Shown here piece by piece: positions 1 through 9,500 of a stretch of DNA of 38,414 bases. Made by a program: the position numbers and the translations under genes. Each line of letters opens with the position of its first letter. Within the stretch, counting starts at the first letter, position 1. The stretch is taken from positions 1-38,414 of the IMG/VR virus record IMGVR_UViG_3300027790_000527. The stretch is one strand, 5' to 3'. The notes beneath the pieces were generated by a model. It ran no database searches and was not told the origin of the DNA. It saw nothing but the letters and a program-made list of their open reading frames with translations. This stretch comes from a virus. Taxonomy: Duplodnaviria; Caudoviricetes.

Positions 1-219
1 ATGCCAACAACACTGAAAAATATCTCTGAAAGGATGCTGCCGGACTTCACCGTCTACTGCAGCCGCCCAGGGTGCGACCGGCGCAAAGAGTTCAACGTCT
101 GGCTTTTGATTGAACGATATGGGCCCGCTGCAGATCCCTATGCCCTGCCGTTCAAATGCAGCTGCGGCTACCACAAGTTCCAGATCATCCTGCAGACACA
201 GCCAAAGAACGCACAGTAA
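1..219 (+). CDS. Small Cys-rich putative Zn-ribbon phage protein (72 aa)
   Basis: CSRPGC and CSCGYH motifs flanking LIERYG; a hairpin follows the stop; upstream context not visible. Confidence 0.6.
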   Translation: MPTTLKNISERMLPDFTVYCSRPGCDRRKEFNVWLLIERYGPAADPYALPFKCSCGYHKFQIILQTQPKNAQ

Positions 220-242
220 AGGGCACCCTCTCGGGCGCCCTT
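216..242 (-). terminator. Stem-loop, probable intrinsic terminator (possibly bidirectional)
   Basis: Minus strand AAGGGCGCCC-GAGA-GGGTGCCCTT then TAC; one G-U pair on minus (A-C mismatch on plus); GNRA loop. Confidence 0.55.
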
Positions 243-344
243 CTCGCGTGGCTAAGGCTCTACCTTTCTAAAAAATGCTGCGCTGCTCTTGGCTCTACGG
301 GGGAGACGAGCGAGGCGGCTGCGATCAACCTCTTGGAGAAGGCC

Positions 345-353
345 ATTTTAGCA
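345..353 (-). promoter_or_regulatory. Candidate extended -10 promoter
   Basis: Minus strand TGcTAAAAT in an intergenic gap, just downstream of the terminator at 366-389. Confidence 0.35.
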
Positions 354-365
354 GCCGGACGGGCA

Positions 366-389
366 TAAAAAAAGGAGCCTATGGCCCCT
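366..389 (-). terminator. Intrinsic terminator ending the late operon
   Basis: Minus strand AGGGGCC-ATA-GGCTCCT followed by TTTTTT, overlapping the stop of 379..585. Confidence 0.75.
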
Positions 390-585
390 CGTTTGTTCTC
401 GCTCTGCGGTGTCTCCAATAGGAGAAAAGCCACCATGGGACTGCAATAACCCATATGGCGCCAGCCAGGGCAACCTGAAAAGCTGTATCAGGCGACAGAT
501 CCCGCTTGTGGATGAGGTAGCCGAAGCCAATGACCCAGACAAGCAGGGGCATGCCGTAAAACAGTAAGGCGCCGGTCAAGGCCAT
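379..585 (-). CDS. Small two-TM membrane protein (68 aa)
   Basis: Two hydrophobic stretches and a basic C-tail; ATG 2 nt after the giant gene's stop; followed by a terminator. Confidence 0.7.
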   Translation of the reverse strand: MALTGALLFYGMPLLVWVIGFGYLIHKRDLSPDTAFQVALAGAIWVIAVPWWLFSYWRHRRARTNEGP

Positions 586-587
586 AT

Positions 588-3500
588 TCAGTCACCGTCC
601 TTGTTCAAGATCCGCTCAACGTATGCTTTGTTGAAGCTGTTGATCAAGTTCTTTTCCGCATCCCTGACAGGTTGAAGGCGCGCTGCATAGTCGTCAATCG
701 AAACTGAACCCGTTTCTTTCGATTCCTGCAGGGCAAGGCGCACGCGGCGCAGCTTCGACAGATCCCGCTTCACTTTGCGCGACAGATCCCGCAGCGCCAG
801 CAGGTCGCGGTTCTCTTCCAGAAACTCAGTTGCGCTTTCGGTGTCGCCTGCCTTGCGGTAGTCGTTGAAGTATGTCCAGGCACGCTCTATCGCTTCGGTG
901 CGCTCATAGAAGCGTTCGCGGTTTTTCCACGTGAAATCGCTCGGGCCAACCAGTTTGCGCAGGAAGGGAATGTCGTTTTCCGTAACATCCTTGGTGGGAT
1001 CAACAAGCTTCATCGGCAGATCTGCCAGCCGCTGATAGAAGCGGCCAGAGGAACCCGTCACGAAAGTAAACAGATGCTCGATGGATTCGGGGCTCACGTC
1101 AATCGCGCCTGGCTCGATCTTGCTGCCGCCCGTCAACTCGTTCAAGCCTTCTGCCATTGCTTCCGCGAATGGGCTGACGCTCGCGAATGATTTCTGGCTG
1201 TCAGGCGTGAAGTCGTCAAAGGGCGAGTTCGGGTAGATCTGGCGCCCGGCAAAGTCTTCATTCAGCTCAAGCTCCACCAGCGGATCAATGACCGTAGGCG
1301 ACAGTTGCTTGATCACGCTGCCAGCACCGCCGATCGGGTTGAAGGCCTCAAGGCCGGTCACGCTGAGGTTGGCCAGCACTTCAAGTGGATCCTTGCCGCT
1401 TGCTGCCTCCACGCTCGCACGCCCGGCATGCAGGAAGAAGTTCAGGCCGTAGCCTGCAGGAAACTCAATCGGGCGGTCGGAACCCGGAATATAGAAGATG
1501 AAGTTGCGCGACTTTTCAAACTCAGACAGCTTGTCATAGGCTTTTTCGCCGTCGTCATCTTCCGGGCTGAACAGCTGGTTCCAGACCTCAAGGAACGCGC
1601 CGGCCACCACCAAGCCGCCCAGCGCTTGACGCACCTTTCTGCTACGCTTTGCGGCGGTCAGCAGCGTGAACGTGCCCTGAATGCCTGCGTTATAGAACAT
1701 GTAAAAGGCGTTGAGGGTTGGGCCCATGGTGCCTTTGCGGTTGAAGTTTACTGTCAGCTCCTTGGCAGCCACTGCCGCACGGTCCTTGCTAAAGCCGTTC
1801 TCGCGCAGGTGCCGGTACAAGGAAAGGCGGATGGCGCTTTCCACACCAAGGTTGACCTTCTGGATGGTATCGCCCAAGGCCCGCAGCGGCTTGAGCGGGT
1901 GCATGCCCGGGCCAGCTTCTTTGAACATGCGCTGCAACTTCTTCCGCGTGTCCTTCACATCGTCCATGGTGTTGAAATAGACGCGCCCGCCAGCTGCCGT
2001 ATATTCATCAAACCAGCGCTTCCACTCACTGTCGCCGCGCTTGAACGCGCCTTGCTCGGCACCGACGATTGCCGGGATCCAGCTTTTCAGGATCTTCTTG
2101 CTCAGGCCCTTTACGTCAAACTGGCCCGACAGCGCCAAGCCTGTTTCAAGGTCGCGCAGCGCGTTCGACACAACGAACTCCGGGTTGAAGCTGGTGTTGA
2201 TCGCGGAAAGGAATCGTGTGGCGGTCGAAAGCCATTGCACCAGATGGCCCATTTTCTCGCCGTCAAGGTTGCGCATGGCAGCAGCCAGCCGCACGGCAGC
2301 AGGGTTGTGGCGGTTCATGATTACCCGCACCACCTTGCCGCCCTGCTTGGCTGAAACAGTGAAGTCTGCGTCTTCCGCGGCAATGGGCTGCACCCGATAA
2401 ACGACTTGGCCTGTTTTCTTGTCCAGGTACGGCTTGCGCGTGATCTTCTTCACGGTCCAGAAATCAGAGTTCGGGTTGTTCACCGCCAGATTGTGAAGGG
2501 TCTTCGCCACGCGGTTCTTTTCACCGCGAATGATGCCTTCCTGTGCCTGCATGAAGATGTAAGGGATGATCTCTGCAGCTTTGGTTTTCCGGCCAAATGC
2601 TTGCTGGTATTCCCTGCCCTTAACGCTCTGGCCCGCAGATGAGCGCGGGCGCTCTACATGCAAGGATTGGTCGGGGTCAATCTCGGCCTCGCCACGGAGC
2701 GGCACATAATGCTTCCAGCGCTTCTTGAGTGCCAGCGCTTCCTCTTCGGAAAGCAAGCCATCATCAACACGCGCCTGCAGGCTTTCGCCCAGAACCTTGT
2801 CCACCCGGCCCGCAAGATCCTTCATCGCCCGGTCTTTGCCTGCAGCCTTCACGGCCTTCATAAGCTCGTCGGCTTCGGCGTCTGTCATGCCTGATCCGGC
2901 ACCGTCTTCAAACTCGGGGTTGATTTCCGCGATATAGGCGTTTCGTTCCTTGGCGTGCCTGGCATAGAGGTAGGCTTCCAGTTCCTCCATGGTAACGCCT
3001 TTGGCTTTCAGGTCTTCCATTAGGGGCTCAAGGTGATTGTCCACCAGCTGCTCAAAGCGGGCACCGACGCGGCCAGAATACAGCGTTTCCTTCTGGTACA
3101 CGTCCAGCGCCTCGCCAACAGGCTTGCCGGTTGCGCGCTCAATCTCGCCCTGCAGGCGGAACACCGGCAACATGGCATCTTGCATCACATGGCGCAGGCG
3201 GTCGAACTGCTCGCGCACGGCTAGGCGACTGGTTGCGTTGCGGATCCGGCCCCAAAGAGGCAGGTGCGTGCGGTGCATTTCCTCGACCATCGACCGGATC
3301 GGCTGGCCGAAATCTGTATTCAGCAGGCTTTCAGATGCGCGCTGTTGCAGCTTGGTTTCAGAAGATGTTATGTTCGCCTGCGCTTGGCGTTTGGCTGTTT
3401 TGCCCTTCTCCACCCGCTCCATAACAGTCTGAGCGCTGATTGTGCCGGTGATGGCTTCGCGGATCGCATCAAGGACCGCCCGGACCCGCTCAAACGCCTT

Positions 3501-6500
3501 GCGAATAAAGCCTGTGTATTTCGACCGGTTGCGCGACCAGTCTGCAAACATTTCAGCAGCAGCTTCTTCCATAACGGCGTCTTCGCTCAGGCCCTGATTG
3601 CCATACAGGCGATCAATGCGGGCCATCAGCTGGCGGTCCTTCTTTGCGGCCTTGGTAAGCGCAGTCCATTCAGACTTACGGAAGGCGCCAATGCTGCGCA
3701 GAACGTGGATGGTTTCGTGATCCAGTGTGTGCTGGGCGTCGGGTGCATCTTCGGCAATCTCAATAAACCGATAGACCGCGCCGTCCTTTTTCAGCTTGAT
3801 AAAGCGACCATTGGCAGACAGCTTCTGCCCCTCAACAGCCGTCGAAATCTCTTTCACAAAGAACAGCCCTGCGTGCGCGTCCAGCCCCAGCTGGTGGAAG
3901 CGTTCCTCAAGCTGCTTTTTGGCCTCTTGGCTGAGGCCGGACAACTCCCGCTGCGGCGCATCCTCTGTGGCTTCGTCCTGCAGCTTGAACTTTTCTTCTG
4001 TCGCGGTGCCCTGGGTAACTTCATCAATGAAAGCTTGCCGTTGTTCTTCAGTTTTGAACTGGAAGCCCGGAATGGCGCCCCGCCCGCGAAACTTGGAATA
4101 GTAGCCGTCGTGCTTCTTGGCGATCTCTCGAACCGCTACAAACACATCCATGTCGTGGCGGGTCTGGAAGGATGCCACATACAGATCCTGCCCTGTCTTA
4201 CTATGCGTGGTTTCGCCGGTATCAAAGGTGACGCCCTCGATACCCTTGCTGGATACCGTACCCTCACTCACTGGCTTGCGCGCCTCAGTGATCCAAGCTT
4301 GCGAATCCTCGACCGTATCGAACGAGAAGGCTTTCAGGGCTTTGAAGTAGTTGCCGTTCATGCGCTCCGCCATGGCGGCGAGGCGCGCATGCTCGGTGCG
4401 GCCCGGATATTTCGCCCATTCTACATAGTTGCTGCCGTCCAGATCATGAGAGGTAAGCCGCATGCTATAGGTGTGTTCGCCAATCTGGAAAGGCTCACCA
4501 GGAACAATCTCATCAGCATCAGCCGTCACAGGATCCTTGCGCCCGGTCAGGTCAAGGTCTTCGATCCGCTCGAACAATTCCTCAACCGTCGCAGCGCTTG
4601 TGTAGTCTCGCCGGATTGAATTGAGTGTTTCTGCAACGGAACTATCGCTCTGCTTCTCAAGCACCACAATGCGCGTCATGACGCTGGTGCCCGCGCGCGT
4701 AAAGGTCGCTGAGGGCAGCTTAATGTCAGCCACCAAATGGAATGCCTTGGCCTCTTTGCTCTCATACAGGGCATCAAAGCGCTTGTCTGCAGCTGGGCCG
4801 GTCGGAATAAGAGCAACCACGCGGCCACCGTTTTTGGTGTGCTTCATGGCTTTGGCAAGGTGGTCCATGGCTACTTTGCCGCCCATGCCATATGGTGGGT
4901 TCATCACCACCGCATCATATTTCAGCCGGACGTTCAATTCCTCAAAGGTGTGGTTCTTTGCGTTCGCACCCGCGGATACGATTGCCGCCTTACTCGCCAG
5001 CTCGCTTGATGGTTCTACGATCGTGCGGTCAGTGTCTTCGGGGAAGAAACGCGCAATGGCGCCGTGCCCTGCAGAGGGCTCTAGTATCCGTTCGCCGCGC
5101 TTGATGTCGGCAAGCTCGACCATCTTGAAGCCGATCGGCTCCGGCGTGGCATAATAGTCCTGCCCTTCGCGCTGGTCCCGGCGCCCGCTTTTCTTTTGCT
5201 GGGCCCAATAGAAGGTCTTCGCGCGCTCGAAGCCGCTCAGTTCGTCACGGGCCACAAAGTCCAGTTCCTTGCCGCCCTTGCCCTCGCCTGCTGTGGGCTC
5301 GTAAACGTCACTGTCGATAAAGGCGTCAATGAAGGACTGCTTGAGCGCCCGCGCCTCGTTACCCAGGGCAAGGTTCTCTGCTGTGCCTGCGCGTTCAGCA
5401 ATCTTCTGGGCGAACGTCCAGCGCTCCCAGCTGGTGCCGGTATTCATGTAACGGAAGATCGCGTCAGAGGTCTGGCCGGTGCGATAGATCCTGCCTTCTT
5501 CCTGAATGGCCGTCGTCGGGCGCGTGGGCATGCCAAGGTTGATCAAGGCACGCTGTTTGCCGTTCTTGGCGTCATGGAGGCTGATACCGGCCTCACCAGC
5601 TGCCGACTGCACCAGAATGACATCATGGCCACTCTCGTCGTCGTTAAACAGCTTTTTGGCCTCATTGCGGGCCTTGGCGCTTTCCCTGCCGTTGTAGATC
5701 AGCGCTTGGTCGAAATTCTCGCGGATCTCATTGATAGGCGACCGGAAGCTTGAAAAGTTCAGCTTCTCCACATATGGGTTGCGTGCAATGAACTCCGCAT
5801 AAAGCTTCTGCAGGCTGATCTCTTTTTCCGTGCCGTCAACACCCACGCGCACCAGCACTTGCTCGTCAGCGGGCATCACAAACGGGTTGATGCCGCCGCC
5901 CACGTTATAGTCGTGGAACACAACAACTTTGCGGCCAAGGGCGAGGTGCTGCTTGATCATCGGGACAGCATGCCGCGCCTTGATGGCTTCCAGCAGCTTC
6001 ATGCGGGTGAGGTAATCGAAGCGCTTGTTCACCAAGTCAGCTAGGTCACGGAATTTGCCCTTGTCGGCTTCCCGCAGAAAGTCCAGCGCTTGGTCGATTT
6101 TCGCACCCACGGCGTCGTCAACCAGCACGAATTTACGGTCATAGTCGGCATCAACTTCCAGCCTGCGGCCAGAGAGAGCGCCTTCCTTCTTGAGCCATTC
6201 GTGAAACTCGCGTTCCATCACTTCGCTGTCTACGCCGCTTTCCGGGCGCGTCAGCTTGTTGTAGCGCATGCGGTAGCCGAAGTGCTGCATGAAGAACTGG
6301 TCGCGGGCGTCGCCTTCGTTGTATGCGCGGCCACCCTCTTTATCCCTGCCATAATCGAAGAGATAGCCTTCGGCGTAATCAATGTTCTTGTCGTAGGCAA
6401 AAGGTGTGGCCGATAGGAACAGCACATCTGTACGCGGCGCATCCGTCAGGCTGTCTGCCTTGGCTTTGGTTTCCGGGTGCAGCGTCTCCCCCAGCTCTTT

Positions 6501-9500
6501 GGCCTTGAACATCAAGTTTTCGGCCAAATCTTTATCGGCCTTCTTTTTGCTGTTTTTCAGAGTGCGTGCGCGCTCAACCAGCTCGAAGTACGGCGCCCAC
6601 TTATCGGCCAGCAGCATGCGTGCTTTCTGGTAACGATCGCCAGAGCGGCCCCGATTGGTGATCGCGCGCATGTTATTGAGCGCCAGCGTCGGATCCCCGC
6701 GCTCGTTCTTTGAAAGCTCCTGAGACTCGTCATTGACCACCAGATCCCAATCGCGCTCGGCAAGGCGGGGGTTCTCGCCAAGGTTCGCGTAGGTCGTTGC
6801 GACAATGCCCTTGCCCTTGCTTTTGGTGTCATCAAGGATGGAGATATTCAGGCCAAGATCCGTGCCGGCCTCTACCCATCCCTGCAGGATACCCTGTGAG
6901 GGTGCAACAATCAGGATGTTGTCTTTACCCTGGCGGGCATAGCGTTTAACCACGCCTGCGCCAACATAGGTTTTGCCCGTTCCGGTCCCGTTGGTGAACA
7001 GGTAGCCCGGCAGCGCGTCCGGATTATTGAAGCGCGTCTCCGCCTTCAATACGTCGGTTTGCTGGTCTTTAAGAAGTAGCGGCAGCGTGTCGCGGATATT
7101 GGCAGCGTCTGCAGGCTTGACCTTGATCTTGTCAGCGGCTGCCTGCCGCTCGGTGCGGGCTTCTAGTTGGGCTGCTTCGTCAGCATTTGGTGCAAGCGTG
7201 TCTTTTCCGCCTGCGTCATTCTCGGCCTGTCTGCTGCCGCCATCAGTATCGCCTCTTCCGCGCTCGTCACGTTCGGTAGTGCCGTCATCAAAGAGGGATT
7301 GCTGGCGACGTGCGCCGCGATCGCCTCGTTCTCCCAAAGGAGCGGCATCAGCGTCAGATACTGTGCGGCCAGCATCGCCGTCCCGGCTTCTGCTGTCAGG
7401 CGCTGTTCTTCCATCTGCAGGGCCTTGCTCAGATCCTCGGCGGGTAGCGGAAACATCTGTTTCGCCCAATCCGTTTTCAGATCCTGTGTCTCGGCTATCG
7501 CGTTCCAGATTGGCGCGGCTACCTGATACATCTGCGTCTTCCTTCTTGCTCTCGCCTGACTTTAATTCCTGCAGGCCAGATGTGTCAAACAAGTTGCCTT
7601 GATCACGCTCTGCGCTGAACAGGCCACCGTCTTGGTCGGCAAGCGATTCCTGCCCATCCTTTCGGATTTTGCTTTGCTGCTGGCGGGCGCGCATTTCAGC
7701 CTCTGCCCGGCTCGCAGCTTGCTCTTTCTCATCCGTGCGTTCGCTGCCTGGCACGCGCGCTTGACCATCGGCGTCTTGTGGCAGCGGCTCATCGGGCCGC
7801 GTCACCTTTTCCAGTTCCAGCCAGCCGCCGAAATTCTTGGTGCTGGCAACTTTTACAAGGATATTCCCGGCCTGTTCATCAATGGAAACCACAAAGGCCG
7901 GATCACCACCAACAACTACCTCGTCGCCAATAGACAACCCTTTGTCGTTCGCTGCCTCGACAACCGGATGATACCTGCCGGGGTTTTCAGCAAGTTCTGC
8001 GACCTGTTCGCGCCACTGCTGGCGGCGGTAGTCGTCCAGTGGCAGATTGCCGTTGTAGCCCTGCTGCAGCAGCTTCTGATAGACCGACGCGGCACGCTGT
8101 TCTGTCTCGGTAAGTTTCAGCTCAGCTGCACGTTGATCATTGCGCGCGAAAGCTTCTTCAAGCGTGCTGCGCTCTGACTTGCTCAGCAGCTTTCCTGCCC
8201 TCGCCTTCTTGGCAATGGCCTGCAGGGGTGAGCCCTCAACGGCCAAGCCTGCCTCAATCACGGCATTAGCTTGGATCTTGCTCAGCTCTTTCTGGCCGAC
8301 CTTGGAAAGATTGCCCGCCCTTGGTACAGGCTGCGACAGATCGAAAGGGTCTAGTTCTGCAGCGCTTGTTGCCTGTCCAGTAGGTGGTCCCTCAAGGCTC
8401 GCATTTCGCCCAGCTTCTTCGCTGCCTCGTCGGCCATCTTGTGGTCCGGCTGGGTTTCCAGAAACACCTCGGTTTCGCGTATCTGCTTGTTCACCATGTC
8501 CAGGCCGTCCTGCACCGTCATTGTCTTGTCCACGGTAATAAGCCTCCATTGCGGCACGCTCTGCCGCGTCGTTTTCATCGAAGTAGCTGGCCCTGTAGTT
8601 GTCCAGATCAAATGCGGCCTCAATCTCGGCCTGCGTCAGCTCATTGCCGACTGCTGGCGCCGCTTCATATTGCTGGCGCAGTTGCTTCGCGCGCTCAGTA
8701 TAAGAAAGGTCGGCCAGCTCGCCAAGCTCGAATTGTCGTGCCTCATATTCCTGCCGGGCCACCTTCTCAACCACATCGGCTGCAGGCACGACAGCTTGGG
8801 ACATATCCTTGTTGCGGTGTGCCAGCAGATCCTGATTGACCAGCTCGACCACATCGGAAAGATCGTAAGCACCTTGTGGCAGCAAGCCCATTTCCGAAAG
8901 GCGCTCACCTACCTGATCAAGCGTCAGTGTCTTCGGGTTGTTGCTGAACACTTGCGCCAAATGCTTGGGCAATTTGCCGTCCAGATCCACACCCTGGGCC
9001 TTCGCATCATCCTTGCGGATCCCCTGCTTGCGCAGCAGCTCAACAAGGGACGGCGGGCGTTTGGGGATGGCGCCGCGGGCAGCTGTAAAGCCTTCAAAAG
9101 TATGGCCGGTTCGCGCCTCAAAGTCCTTCTTGCCGCGGAATACTGTTGGCACGCCTTCCGCGTTCGTTGCGATGATGAAACGGCCTTCAACAGCCGTGAT
9201 ATTCATTGGTCGGCCATCAAATTCAATGTCATTGCCGACTGTAACTTTGGGGAGTTTTGCGGGTGCAGGATCTGGCACCGGTGCTGGCGTTTGTGCCGCG
9301 GATTGCTCGGGCTGAGGTGTACCAAGGAAGGTTTCGCCCGTGCCTGGGTTATATTGGCCGATCGCCTCACCGCTATCCATATCGAATAGCGTTTCCAGCT
9401 CAGGCTGGGCTGTCACTGTCGGCGCTTGTGGCACTGGATCTGCAGCGGGGGCCTCTGCATGGTTCAAGGCTGCGTCAAGCTCTGCCCGGCCTTCGCTGAT

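Noticed and set aside
156-542. ORFs 156-368 (+), 260-454 (-) and 348-542 (-)
   Set aside because: They cross terminators or overlap better-supported genes and lack SD sequences
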